A stretch of 64,000 nt of DNA from the NCBI GenBank assembly GCA_963745035.1, contig CAVUVW010000013.1:1728001-1792000 (forward strand). Reading direction: 5' to 3'. Positions 32,388-43,705 of the stretch are shown piece after piece. The stretch is from an uncultured delta proteobacterium (lineage in GTDB: Bacteria > Desulfobacterota > Binatia > UBA9968). How positions within the stretch are numbered: the first letter of the stretch is position 1; every line of letters begins with the position of its first letter. The position numbers were made by a program, and so were the translations under genes. A model generated the notes under the pieces. That model made no database searches. It saw only the letters and a list, made by a program, of their open reading frames with translations, and was not told the origin of the DNA.

Positions 32388-32999
32388 CTATTTACCTTCG
32401 CGCATGGCGCGCGCCCGCTTCGCTGCCGGGCGCTCCCAGCAGCGGCGGAGCCAGGCCTGCGTGCGTGGCCATTTCTCGGTATCGATCGCCAACGCACGGT
32501 AAAGCGCTGCGGCGACGTTGAGATCGCCGACTGAAAATGCAGGGCCGGCAAGCCACTCCGCTTTCGCGAGCGCGGCCTCCAGCACATCGAACGATTCCGT
32601 CACTTGCTGCCATGCGGCCTCGGCGATCTCCTTTTTGCGCTCGGCTTCCGGAAACTCCGTGGTATGCCTGACGTAGTTCACGATCTGACGGTCGAGCCGG
32701 TCGGTCTCCCATAGGCTCCACTGCCAGGCAAGCGCCTCGTTTCTGGGGTCCGACGGATACAGCGGGCTCTCGTGCTTTTTCGAGAGATAGAAATTGATCG
32801 CCATCGACTCCGACAGCACGAAGCCGTCGTCGTCTATCACCGGTACACGGCCATTGGGATTCAACGCGCGAAACTCCGAAGTCCGCGTCTCCGGTGCGCG
32901 GGGCAGGTAATTTTTGTGGTCGTAGTTCAGTCCTAACTCACCGAGCATCCACAAGGTGCGCATGGCACGAGATCGTGCGGCGCCGTATAGACGTAGCAT
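32388..32999 (-). CDS. Glutathione S-transferase family protein
   Basis: SRAMRTLWML, LNPNGRVP, LSESMAI, FSVGDL. Confidence 0.9.
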   Translation of the reverse strand: MLRLYGAARSRAMRTLWMLGELGLNYDHKNYLPRAPETRTSEFRALNPNGRVPVIDDDGFVLSESMAINFYLSKKHESPLYPSDPRNEALAWQWSLWETDRLDRQIVNYVRHTTEFPEAERKKEIAEAAWQQVTESFDVLEAALAKAEWLAGPAFSVGDLNVAAALYRALAIDTEKWPRTQAWLRRCWERPAAKRARAMREGK

Positions 33000-33014
33000 C
33001 GTTTATCCTCCTCA

Positions 33015-33905
33015 CTACAAATGGCTATACCGTTTCTTCTCCTGAGCCGATAGACGCGACAGCATCGTGCTGATGTGCGCCTGATCTCTTCGCAGATATC
33101 GAGCCACCTCACCCACCCGGTAGCTGTACTCCCGGATCAATCGCGCAACCGCATCGGTTCGCTTCTTGGTAATCTCCCAGCGACGATCCACTCCCCTCAG
33201 CACATCGGGCGCTACTCCGACTTGGCGGGCGATTGTCTTAAACGCTTGCTCGATAGGATCTTTTGCCGCCCGCTCTTTTATCTCGCCGACTTCCCGGCCT
33301 ATCTCTGCTCCGAACTCTTCGTCCCCTAAAAAGCGCTGGTCTTCCACGGCATAATATTCTTCATTGTGCCTTTCGCTCATGCCTTCCAGGACGAATCTCT
33401 CGTAGCGCTTCTTCCCACCCAACAGGTGCAGGATCGGTTTCGCTTCAATAACCTTTGGCGTTCCCGATATCAAATAACTGCCGTGACCGCTGTGCGAATA
33501 TCCTTCGGGCCGCTTGGCTAGCCCGGAACGAACCGGGTTCAAATGGATGTAACGGACCAAGGCCAACAGATACTTGTCCTTGTCGCAAATGATCGCTTTG
33601 TATCTGCCTTGAAATAGATGCCCGACTTTCCTATACCGCCGATTAAAGTACTGGGTGTAGGATTGTTGCAGTCCTTGCATGAACTTGGACAGCGGGGTGG
33701 AGCCGGTCTCAAGCAACAAGTGCACGTGATTCGGCATCAGGCAGTAGGCATAGATTTTAACTTGGAACTTGGCGCGATATTTCTCTAAACGTTCCCGATA
33801 GGCGTTGTAGTCTTGATCGGAACGAAAAGTCATCCGCCGCTGATTGCCGCGAACAATGACGTGGTAAAGAAGGCCCGATGCAAAGACTCTGGGACGGCGC
33901 GCCAT
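33015..33905 (-). mobile_element. REP-associated tyrosine transposase (RAYT, Y1 HUH) with C-terminal helical extension
   Basis: YHVIVRGN, YCLMPNHVHLL (HUH), GHLFQGRY, YIHLNPV. Confidence 0.9.
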
Positions 33906-33973
33906 GAACAGCGATTATCAAGAATCCGTATTCAATGTCAAGATTGTAATGATTGTTATGTCTGACCCCATAA

Positions 33974-34303
33974 TTGGACTTCGTCGAAGTCAAATTTCGC
34001 AGCAACCCAACTTGGCTACTGAAAAGCCCTTTGCTCAAACAGCTCAAGGAATTCTGGACAGCCAAACTGATCCTGGTGACGACTAGCAAGCCGCACTTCA
34101 GAGTGGTCGATCCACAATCTTTGTTTGATGGCGAGTTTTCGTTCGAAGCGCTGGAGAACGATCCAGATCTCATGGTAACAGGCCGAGCGGTGGAAAAGTG
34201 CGGCCGTTTGGTAACCCGCTTTCTGATGAACGGTGTCAAAACAATCCCTCAAAGACCCTCCAGCCAGCATGAACTCGCGTCACCAGCGTCCGAGTCAGAG
34301 TGA
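33974..34303 (+). pseudogene. 5'-truncated PD-(D/E)xK-like nuclease fragment
   Basis: Begins at FVEVKFR immediately after the GTCTGACCCC motif. Confidence 0.45.
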
Positions 34304-34533
34304 AAGATTAGTGCTCGTTGTTCGATTCTTACTATTGCCTCGTGCCTAACGCCTGTTGCCTATTCCAGTTGCCCGTTGCCTGATGCCTGTTGCCTATTAG
34401 CAATCAGGAATCACACATTCCGCGAGGGTTGAAAAAGAGAATAAGAAAAATTCTCACAGGAACGTCTGTGCCTCTTGACCTGCCTGTAATGGGCGACCCG
34501 GAGTATTCCCCCGATCAAAGTCTGTCTGACCCT

Positions 34534-35505
34534 TCAATTTATCCTCAGCTTTGGCCGAAGCCCAGTTCTGTCTATCACAATTTCTGCCTTACGTTTATTG
34601 CTTTTCTCAAAAACAGCATAGGGATATCCAACATCAGGCGAAATAATGGCTTTCGCCACAATTCGATCTGGTGAAAGCGTCCCGTCAAAAACTAAACCTC
34701 CGCGATCGCTTGCCAAATGTGGGAGATCGGCATCAGTAAATCGGATGGCGTAGATTACACCGTATTGATAGTTTGAAAACCAATTGTCACAAGAACGATG
34801 TAATTGTTCCAGCTCCGCTAATTGTGTCTGTAGCCACGGCTCCGAATAAGAATATGGCTCAACGCCGGGTCTTCCACCCACGCCTGGACGCGAACCCATA
34901 CTGTCGAAGTACTCCCACAACCTTTGGACAAACTGAAAAGGTACATCTTCTATATCTTGTGGAATGCAATGCGATGGTACTGCCAACGGTGTGGAATTGC
35001 GAAGGTGCTTCCAGGACGCTGCGATCGCTTTTTTCCTGAACGCTGGATTGTTGAGGTACTCATGCAAATCGCTGAGCGCGAGTCGTAACGCTCGCGCCGT
35101 TTCTCCTCCCGCGAATTCTCTTGAAGCATAGAGGACAGACTGGAAACTTGTTTCCGCCAAAAATACCGGCTTTACGCTACCGCGGTTCGATTTATTGAAA
35201 TCTGATTGCGCAAAGGAAGCGAGAACCCCAAATCCACCCTGTTTTTGTCCGCTCCAGTGAAGTTGATCGAAAATATCGAGAACCGCCGAAATATTCGATT
35301 TGGAGTAAGTTTCGGGTTGCCAAGAAATTCCTTGTGACTCAATCTGCGCTGCGGCGTGATTCGAAGTGCCATGAAAGGCAACCCAAGAGTCCGTCAAAAA
35401 TTCCTCATTGAAAGGACACCGGCCGATTAATGCGTCATTCGAACTATAGTGATACACCTTCATCGTACGGTCGATTAGATTGTAAATAACATAGTTGCTT
35501 AGCAA
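34534..35505 (-). CDS. Hypothetical protein, possible ADP-ribosyltransferase-like fold
   Basis: FHGTS...IESQGI, later VFLA and YGVIYAI strands; weak evidence. Confidence 0.45.
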   Translation of the reverse strand: MLSNYVIYNLIDRTMKVYHYSSNDALIGRCPFNEEFLTDSWVAFHGTSNHAAAQIESQGISWQPETYSKSNISAVLDIFDQLHWSGQKQGGFGVLASFAQSDFNKSNRGSVKPVFLAETSFQSVLYASREFAGGETARALRLALSDLHEYLNNPAFRKKAIAASWKHLRNSTPLAVPSHCIPQDIEDVPFQFVQRLWEYFDSMGSRPGVGGRPGVEPYSYSEPWLQTQLAELEQLHRSCDNWFSNYQYGVIYAIRFTDADLPHLASDRGGLVFDGTLSPDRIVAKAIISPDVGYPYAVFEKSNKRKAEIVIDRTGLRPKLRIN

Positions 35506-35520
35506 CCAGACAAGTCGATG

Positions 35521-35661
35521 TTAGTCACAAAAACCAGTAGCCGAATGCCATTCTAGGAACTCGCGCTTCGGTTTTAAGTCCGAGTTCTCTGGGAGCCAGA
35601 TCGTATTGCCCTGACGGAAATACTCTTCGCCGTTGTCGAAGTCGTCTTTGGCGCGAGGCAT
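35521..35661 (-). pseudogene. C-terminal remnant of an HNH restriction-endonuclease-like gene
   Basis: KDDFDNGEEYF..G..IWLP....P..EFLEWH. Confidence 0.55.
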
Positions 35662-35946
35662 CGTTCTTTCTTAAAGCCGTCATTTTATGCTCAAAAAGAG
35701 GCCTTTAAGCTCTTAAACGACGCTTTTTATTGCATGTTGGGTTGCTAAATTAACAGCTTGCGCCGGTCCGACCCGGCGCCTTGATACCGAGTGTTCGCGG
35801 AGATAGCGCTCCAGGTCGATCCGTTTCATGGATCGGGGAATTCGATCGGCTCGCGCCTCACTGTTGCCCGTTGCCTATTGCCTGCTCGGTGTGCCTCTTG
35901 ACCTGCCTGCTAATGGTTGACCCCCGCCCTTCCGATTATATCCGCG

Positions 35947-38900
35947 TTATGGTCGAGGGAATAAAGGCTTCCAAGCTTTATTATTTACAGTGCCATTCGA
36001 CCAGAAGATCGGTAGGGTATTATTGGGACAAGTGTTATGAAAGCACACAAGCGCCGCTAAATCCCCATATCCCAACGGTTCATCTCTCCAAAGCTCACGT
36101 CCAAACTGAATTAGAACCTCCTGTGCGAATTTGATCTCCGGTTCATTCGAGAATATGCCTGCTTCCGCATCAAACGAACGTACTTCATCGCCAAACACAT
36201 TTGCGGCCATAAAGTTTATTTCCGGGTAGATACTTCTCAATTTGTCAAGAGCCTCCGGAAAAGCGTACAGCAGATAACACTGAATTCGGGACTCCTTCAA
36301 ATATTTCGCTACGGTCCGCTCGTCTCTTACGTTCCGCATGTATTCCCTGAGTCCCTGTGCCAAGCTGGTGCCCGTACCCGCGAACTCATCTACTAACACC
36401 ACGATCGGATCTTTATCTACATGGGATATCATCCAGTCAATCAAATCATCTGCATGGCCACGCTTGCCCGGTCGGATTCTGTTCGCCAACTCTCGAGCTA
36501 TCGCTCCACCGCTTTTCATCTCAGTGTCCAAATAACCGACACAGAGATTGTCATTTCTCCCTTTTACAGAAATCCATTGCCGCTTTCCTATCTTGGCCCG
36601 AGTGTCACGCAGGGCGTCTTGTATTTTTGATAACGCTTGTAATTTCGCCCCTTCCGTAATAAAGCCCTTTTCCGCTAATCGTTTCAAAAGACTAAACGCT
36701 ATCTCAATCCGGTTGTCGTCATCGAACTGCTTAAGCCATACCCGTATTTCAGACGCATCCTTTTGCTTTCCGCAGTAAACGAGAGATTGAGACACAGTTA
36801 ACAACTCTTCTTCAGCAATCGGGAAATGCGAATCTACAAAAACGGTGGAGCGGGGCCCCTTCACTTGCTCTGCTCTTCCCTCGATTTCCCTGCAGAATGC
36901 CTTCCATTGCGGCAACAAATACAATTCCGCCTGCTTCTCAAGCCACTCATTAAAAATCGCAAGCCTTATTTGGTACCGATCGTAGCCCTTTTGGTGCGAC
37001 AGAATCCTTCTGTTAAGAAGCGATTCAGCGGTAAACCGTATTTTTTGAGCAGATAGTTTCTCTGACGGCATTAATCCAATCGTATCTTGGACCTCAACCA
37101 AGTCGTCAATTGAGTCAAATCTTCCACCTAATCGACTGATGCAATATAAGAGTAAGCAATTCGCCGCGGACTGCTCAGATTTCTTGAACTCATCTAGTTC
37201 AGGATTGTCCTCCCAGAAGTGAGAAAAATTGGCAGCCCCTATGGTGCGAACTAACTCATCGCGGGCACTTTCCAGATCGTTCTCGTCTACATATGTCCGC
37301 TGTTCCTGCCAGCTACGCTTAAAAATTTGTGAACAAAGTAGGTTCATGTAAAAAGGATTTCCGGCACAAAAGTCCACTATCATCTGAACGCATTCCGCCT
37401 GGTACTCAATTGCTCCGCTCATTTGCTGAACAATTAACCTTTTACAATCTTCTCGCGATTCGATGCAGTCTAAAGACACATTAATCCACTTATTTAAGTC
37501 GACCGAATGTGTTTGATAAATGACATTCATTCGCTCGCTGCCCACGAAAAAGAACGTCATGCCGATCTCAGATAATGATCGAAGGGCCTTTACAAATAAT
37601 TTTCCACGTTGGCCTGTATAGAAGGCTGGATCAAGATCGTCAAATTCATCTATAACCACTACTAATTTTTTCATAGGATACAGGCGACCTATGCGTTCGG
37701 TGTAAGGTACCAGCGTCGCCATACCCGCACCGAAGCTCTCTTCTTTCGGAGTTTCGTCTGGTGGGGCTTGAAGCCGTTCGGCAATTCGTGAGGCAATTCT
37801 ATGCGCTATTTGTCCCTCGTGAAGCGGCCCTATTTCACCCATCCGCAGTAGAACACAGACATAGTTGTCCTTTTTCTCGAGTTCTCCTACGAGTACCTGC
37901 AGCAAAGACGTCTTGCCCACCCGTTTTTGTCCCCATATAAATGTCGAACTTCCTCCAGACGCATGGACGAGTAGTTCCTGCATCACCATGTCTCTTCCAA
38001 ATAGCCGATAGCGTTCTCTGACGGGATTTAAACTATATGGCGGGTTGTCGAGTAGTGTCTTCCAATCAGGCTGGGTATGTTGTTGCTGAATGTCGAGGCT
38101 ATCCTCACTCTTATGAGGTTGTCCTTCCACCGTGACACAGCACCACGTCAACGGAATCGTAATAGAAGCACGGGATTGAGCCAGTGTTAGACCCAATGTT
38201 ACAACTTGTTCGGACTGGCCACTAATCTCAAAGGGTCTTGCCGGGTCAAGAAGTAACAGTTCTACTCCGGGCACTGGACGTTGCGCGATAAACTTAACAT
38301 TTAAGGCCCGACCTTCGCCCTTGTTCGAAAGACGCATGGAGAATACCGTCTGGCTATTTACTCTCGTTAGATCGGTTTTGACGAGTTTGGTTGCGAGCCC
38401 GAGGGCCGGGATTGTTGCGGCGCGGCTCTTCACGGTTCCTTCATCTACCAAACCTAAACAATGCTTTCCGATATTACTAACCGTGAGATGCCAAAGCGTA
38501 CTATTGGTTTTTACACCCGTTGCTGATGAATACTTTAGTGATATCTCTCGGACGTCGGGCGCTCTTTTTATGACGTCCCGGGTATCCTGTCGTTCACACG
38601 CCTCACAAAATTTTCTAAAAGCGGGACCAAGAAGAACATCAATTTCGCTCAGAATCGACTTCTCAGCAGGAAGCGCAAGTCCTCGGAGCTGGTGAGCTTT
38701 TTTAACGACGTCGAGTGAAGCGATTTTGGCAGTGACACAATTCGTACCAGCGAAAGACGCAACCGACATCTCGAGTGCCGCCATCGCGGACTCGAGTCTC
38801 TTCGCAGAGGCGACGGCGAGCTCAAGGGGATTACGTGCAGTAATACCAAAAATGTTATTCAGCTTTGATGATAGCCGAAAGCCTAAATCGCCGGTCGCGT

Positions 38901-39264
38901 GTGGAATTTTACGTTTCAATTGAATGAGTTTTAGAATTGCTGCGGCAACGGAGACCGCTAGATCTTCCTGAACGAACTCATTGATCCTAGAGATAAGCTC
39001 TCCGACGGAAGTTGGCGCAGATTTGAACTCCACTGGAGATGCCCATCCAGCGATTATCATAGTAAATATGGCCTCGAGATCGTCGTCCGGCGCTAAGTCA
39101 AGCTTGCACGCAAGCCACTCTCCCATTCCTAAGAAATCTCCCTTGTTGATGGCGCCGTCGATTTCTCCCTCTATTAATTCTAGTAGTTCAGCCGTGTCAC
39201 CGGCTAGGTTTCGTAGTCCGAGTTGGTCCAAAATCAGTTTCATTGGTGGCTCCAAATGTGGCAC
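35947..39264 (-). CDS. Large STAND-like AAA ATPase with C-terminal phosphoribosyltransferase-like (PRTase-CE type) domain
   Basis: GQKRVGKTS Walker A, VVVIDEFD Walker B, GNPFY; LVDEFAGTG and CPNNTLPIFW...WKPLFPR. Confidence 0.75.
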   Translation of the reverse strand: MPHLEPPMKLILDQLGLRNLAGDTAELLELIEGEIDGAINKGDFLGMGEWLACKLDLAPDDDLEAIFTMIIAGWASPVEFKSAPTSVGELISRINEFVQEDLAVSVAAAILKLIQLKRKIPHATGDLGFRLSSKLNNIFGITARNPLELAVASAKRLESAMAALEMSVASFAGTNCVTAKIASLDVVKKAHQLRGLALPAEKSILSEIDVLLGPAFRKFCEACERQDTRDVIKRAPDVREISLKYSSATGVKTNSTLWHLTVSNIGKHCLGLVDEGTVKSRAATIPALGLATKLVKTDLTRVNSQTVFSMRLSNKGEGRALNVKFIAQRPVPGVELLLLDPARPFEISGQSEQVVTLGLTLAQSRASITIPLTWCCVTVEGQPHKSEDSLDIQQQHTQPDWKTLLDNPPYSLNPVRERYRLFGRDMVMQELLVHASGGSSTFIWGQKRVGKTSLLQVLVGELEKKDNYVCVLLRMGEIGPLHEGQIAHRIASRIAERLQAPPDETPKEESFGAGMATLVPYTERIGRLYPMKKLVVVIDEFDDLDPAFYTGQRGKLFVKALRSLSEIGMTFFFVGSERMNVIYQTHSVDLNKWINVSLDCIESREDCKRLIVQQMSGAIEYQAECVQMIVDFCAGNPFYMNLLCSQIFKRSWQEQRTYVDENDLESARDELVRTIGAANFSHFWEDNPELDEFKKSEQSAANCLLLYCISRLGGRFDSIDDLVEVQDTIGLMPSEKLSAQKIRFTAESLLNRRILSHQKGYDRYQIRLAIFNEWLEKQAELYLLPQWKAFCREIEGRAEQVKGPRSTVFVDSHFPIAEEELLTVSQSLVYCGKQKDASEIRVWLKQFDDDNRIEIAFSLLKRLAEKGFITEGAKLQALSKIQDALRDTRAKIGKRQWISVKGRNDNLCVGYLDTEMKSGGAIARELANRIRPGKRGHADDLIDWMISHVDKDPIVVLVDEFAGTGTSLAQGLREYMRNVRDERTVAKYLKESRIQCYLLYAFPEALDKLRSIYPEINFMAANVFGDEVRSFDAEAGIFSNEPEIKFAQEVLIQFGRELWRDEPLGYGDLAALVCFHNTCPNNTLPIFWSNGTVNNKAWKPLFPRP

Positions 39265-39333
39265 GTCGGCTTAGGCAAATGCATTTTTATCTTCATCCTA
39301 GTCTTCCAAGCCTCTCAGTCTGATCTGAGCGAT

Positions 39334-40018
39334 CTATTCACAGCGCGTCCACCCTCGATCTTCCGTCGAATCATGGAAGCGACCTTGCGGTGTTCTCCAA
39401 ATTACCGCGATTCGGTAATCGGAAAGAAGCTTCAGAATCACCCGCGGTGGCTTTTGTCTCAATAAAATTCCCAGAGAAGGCCTTCGCAAATAATATCGCT
39501 TGTAATCGAGGAGCTGCCCAATTGCGCCTCTAATGGTATTTCGATCAACGTAGCACTTTGCTTCGATTAAATGCCAAAGTTTACGATCAAACAGGTCGAC
39601 AAAAAGGCCCGCTGATTTGATGTAATTGTGGCCAAACCGTTCCTTGTTGTTTATCCATTTTACATATTGTGAAACGAGTCTAGCCTCGGGATGGTCCTTA
39701 GGTATTCCGGGAATCCCGCCTGCAAATGGTCGAAAAGAAGGACTTGACTGCCCAATTGCACTATCGTCTAGATAAGGTCCTACCGATTCGGGAATTTTGC
39801 CACCTACGTAGATCGGCCTAGCGGTTTGTGCACGAAAGTATCTAAACTGCCCGTGTGCGTACCATTTAAAATTGAGTTTCTTCTGGTCACCGGCACCTGG
39901 TCTAGTTAACGAATTCAACTTCGCGTTAACGATATAACCGTTCTGGATGATTTTTCCATTGGCAAGCTTAACCCGCTTAGGTCCAATAATCTTGCTGGCC
40001 GTAAACACAAGAGCGATC
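39334..40018 (-). pseudogene. Restriction-endonuclease-like (PD-(D/E)xK) gene interrupted by IS3; 5' part at 41266-41332
   Basis: VDLFD....LIEAK...IRGAIGQLLDY. Confidence 0.6.
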
Positions 40019-40049
40019 TGAGCTAGCCCCGATTTCACGGACAGGTAAA

Positions 40050-40913
40050 TTAAGCAACAGCCATCGACCGTTCATAGTCAACAGGACTGATGTAATCCAG
40101 TGACTGATGTCGTCGTTGTCGATTGTAAAACACTTCGATGTATTCAAAGACAGCCGTCCTGGCTTCCTCCCGAGTTTTGAAAGAGCTGTGATTGACCAGT
40201 TCGTTCTTCAATGAGCTGAAGAAGCTCTCGGCCACCGCATTGTCGTAACAGTTTCCCCTACGACTCATGCTTTGCACGATGCCGTGCTTTTTTAGCATCT
40301 CTACATAGGCCGTACTCGAGTACTGTCGCCCCTGATCAGTATGGTGGATCAGGCCCGGCTTGGGATGCCATTGTCGCAACGCCATCATCAAAGCATCCAA
40401 GACCAACTGCTGATCTATCCGTTCGCTCATTGCCCAGCCCACTACTCGTCGGGAATACAAGTCCAAGAGCACAGCTAGATATAGCCAACCACTCCCTGTG
40501 GCAACGAACGTGATATCACCGACCCAGGCCCGATCCACTATTCCAACCTCAAAACTCCGATTCAGTTTGTTCTCTGCGGCAATCACCCCAGCTCGGGACT
40601 GGGTGGTGATGCGAAATCTTCGCTTACGCCGGGCTTCGATTCCCGCCTGTCGTCTCAGTCTGGCTACCCGGTGCCGACCACACTCAGTCCCCTGGGCTTT
40701 TAACTCGCGCCACGTCTTTAGCGCCCCGTAGGCTTCTCTGCTTTCCTCGTGCACCTTTTGGATCTTGATCAGTACAGCCCGATTCTCCTCACTGCGCTTG
40801 GACTCCTTTCCACCACACCAGCCGTAATAGCCACTGCGACTCGCCTCAAGAGCTCTACACATACGGATTACTTTAAATTCATCCTGATGGGCTCTCATGA
40901 ACGCGTACTTCAC
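40050..40913 (-). CDS. IS3 transposase OrfB (DDE)
   Basis: WVGDIT, HTDQGRQY, DNAVAESFF. Confidence 0.95.
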   Translation of the reverse strand: MKYAFMRAHQDEFKVIRMCRALEASRSGYYGWCGGKESKRSEENRAVLIKIQKVHEESREAYGALKTWRELKAQGTECGRHRVARLRRQAGIEARRKRRFRITTQSRAGVIAAENKLNRSFEVGIVDRAWVGDITFVATGSGWLYLAVLLDLYSRRVVGWAMSERIDQQLVLDALMMALRQWHPKPGLIHHTDQGRQYSSTAYVEMLKKHGIVQSMSRRGNCYDNAVAESFFSSLKNELVNHSSFKTREEARTAVFEYIEVFYNRQRRHQSLDYISPVDYERSMAVA

Positions 40914-41203
40914 CCGAGCTCCTTGGCAAAGTACGCAGCCGCCTTTTTTAGAATGTCTCGCTCCTCTTTGACCTGCTCCAATTCCCGCTTAAGCCGCGCC
41001 ACCTCATCGCCCGCTTCACTCCGTCTTCCCGCTCCACCGAATGCCTTCGCTCCACGCTTGCCCAACTGCTCCTTCCACTTATAGAGCTGATTGCGCCGAA
41101 CCCCTAGCTCCCGTGCCACCTCGGATGACGGCTTCTCTGAACTCTCCATCAGCCGCACCGCCTCTCGCTTGAACTCTGATGTGTATTTCTTCCGCTTGGT
41201 CAT
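40910..41203 (-). CDS. IS3 transposase OrfA
   Basis: KYTSEFKREAV, HTH, ERDILKKAAAYF. Confidence 0.95.
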   Translation of the reverse strand: MTKRKKYTSEFKREAVRLMESSEKPSSEVARELGVRRNQLYKWKEQLGKRGAKAFGGAGRRSEAGDEVARLKRELEQVKEERDILKKAAAYFAKELG

Positions 41204-41495
41204 CGAACACCCCCTAAGGTCATTTGTCCCTTATCTAAGGTGTCCGTCAAACTGGGGCTAACTCAATCTGACCCTTGTTTTGGACTACGGCCACGATGCC
41301 CCCTGGACAACGCAAATGTTTAGGATAGCCATGAATCGGAATCCCGCGCATCCTTTTGACGCGCGCGACAGTAAGCGGTTTATCGTTCCATCTCACTGCC
41401 AAATCATGCTTAGCCACCAACCATTCCTACTCAATCATTGTTTAGTTTAGTTGTGATCGCAGCACGATTCATTTTCTGAATAAATGCGCTTGGGA

Positions 41496-43705
41496 TTATG
41501 TGATAGCGTTCGCGAGTTCACGGTAACGACACAATCCGTTCGCCAATTTCATCTGGCGTGGAGTGGAACAATTCGGCGCGAACAGGTGTGGGCTCGCGAC
41601 AAGAATTACCGCGCACTGAGCGCGTGATGTAGCGACGTTCAGGCGATTAAGGCTGTAGAGAAATTCAAGGCCGCGCGGCGCTTCTTCCGGACGGGACGTC
41701 GCCATCGAGTAGATCACAACCGGGGCCTGCTGCCCTTGAAACCTATCCACTGTCCCGACCTGGACCCCTATCGGCTTCAGCCGGTCGGAGAGGCGACTCA
41801 CCTGCGCATTATAAGGCGCGACCACGAGAATATCGGCAGCGGTCAGCTGCTTCGCGACCTCGTTCTCATCGATCCACTGGATGCCCGGCGCCGTTAACGT
41901 GGCGACCAGGTCCGCCACTGCCTCAACTTCTTCCTCAGAAGCATTTCGATTACCCTCGTGCTCCACCTCTTGTATCCACAAGCCGCTACCGGTGAATCGA
42001 CCGCCAGTGATCTGCTGGTTTTCCAATCCAGGCTTCGATGTCAGGCGCCGTTCGTAGAAAACCTCTGATGTGAAGACGCTAATGCTCGGCGCGAGTCGCC
42101 AGGTAACCGGCAAAAAGATCCCGCAGTCCGCCGGGACGGTTTGGTTTGCCCCAATGATGTGCTGCAATGCGGAGATATTTACCCCGTCGGGGTGGCTGCC
42201 CTTTTTCGGCTGTTCGAGCTGTTGCGGATCGCCAAGCAGTACAAGGCTTTCTGCTGCGTTGGCGACTGCCAGCACATTAGCCAGCGACATCTGTCCCGCC
42301 TCGTCTACGAACAGCACGTCCACCGCCCGAGCAAAGTCCTGCTTTGCCCAAAGCCACGCGGTTCCGCCAAGAACGTTCACCGATCCACTTTGAAGCAGTC
42401 TCAAGGCCTCTGCATTGTCATCGACTTCAACTACTCCGCCAGCGCTATTTTGCTCAGATTCGCTGCCATCGCCGACTTTTTGCCCCAGTTTAATAACGAT
42501 GCCGTCCGTCCCCGCCATCTTAGCGGTATCATCCAACAACTTTTGAATGACTTTATGGCTCGTTGCAGTTACACCCACGCGCTTCCCTTGCTGCACGAGC
42601 GCGCAAATCATTCGAGCACCGGTGAACGTTTTTCCGGCACCGGGCGGACCTTGAATAGCCAAAACCGTGTTGTCGAGTTCGTTTGCGATCCTGACCGCGA
42701 ACTCCACCGCCGATTCTCCAACGCGAGGAGCGAACGGAATCCTTCGCAGCGTCGGAGACTCGGCACGCAGCAGCCGCTGAGCAAGTGTTGGACAGGTGCC
42801 AACAGCAACCGCCTCCCCAACGCGAAAGATGGCGTCCTCCAAAACCTCGCTCGGTACATGGGTGTGCGCAAAAAGCGCCGTTGGATGCGTGTCAGCCTGT
42901 TTCTTTCCTTTCTTGATATCTAGAGTCCGCGCGAGCCGATCTGCCGCAATGATCTCGCCAAACTTCGAGCCATCGGTCAGTTTCACATCGTCACGGGCGC
43001 GAATCTCGATTTCCTGGGGCGGGTAGCGGTACCGATCGGTCATCGGACCGGTCGGTTTCCCGGTGTTCTTATGGCGTGCGATCTCTACGCGCTCGACAAA
43101 CTCGAGGCCCGCAACCGCGCTAGATTCATCGAAGAGATCTTCCTCGGGCATATCGCGCAGGCGAAAATACTCCCACCAGTTGGCCTTCTCTTCTCGGCGG
43201 TGCCAGTCGAGCAAATACGCAACTCGCCATCGCGCCCACTCGTCCGGCATGCGTTCCGAACCTTCCAGAGGTACATCGACAAGCAATTGCTCACGCAATG
43301 CCGCGACGCGACGTTCCCGTTCGCTCACCGACTCAGAGGCTTCGGTTTCTTTTGGCGCCGGTCGGGGTATATCGATGCCCTGCTCCGTGAGCGCTTGCCG
43401 CTGCTTTTCGAGCCAGTCCCGCAGACGCAGCGCCGATAAACAGTCTTCCCGGTTGTAGCCCTCAACTGCAGCCCGGACCTCTGGTGTTACGACGTCGAGC
43501 CGACCAAGTTCCAGTGCCTGCTCCATGATCCGCAGGCTGCGGCTTGCATCCAACAAGTCGACACTGCGCGTCAAGCCGTAGAACGGCTCCATGTTCTTGA
43601 TCGAGTAGCGCTCGACGCCGGCGCGTAGACCTTGCCGGACGATACGGTAGAGGTCGACAAATCGCTCGCCTCGGAGCAAACGATCGATGTCTTGTTCTCG
43701 GATCG
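41496..43705 (-). pseudogene. 5'-truncated TM0106-type RecB-like nuclease / SF1 (DNA2/NAM7-like) helicase
   Basis: YSIKNMEPFY, YNREDC, QGPPGAGKT, VDEAGQ, GDPQQL, TVDRFQGQ, NRLNVATSRA; N-terminal nuclease region missing. Confidence 0.8.

Larger units (their letters stand above)
40019..41265 (-). mobile_element. IS3-family insertion sequence, 1247 bp, with 3-bp ATC target duplication
   Basis: TG...CA ends; imperfect IRs tgagctagccccgatttcacggac / tgagttagccccagtttgacggac; ATC on both sides. Confidence 0.95.
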
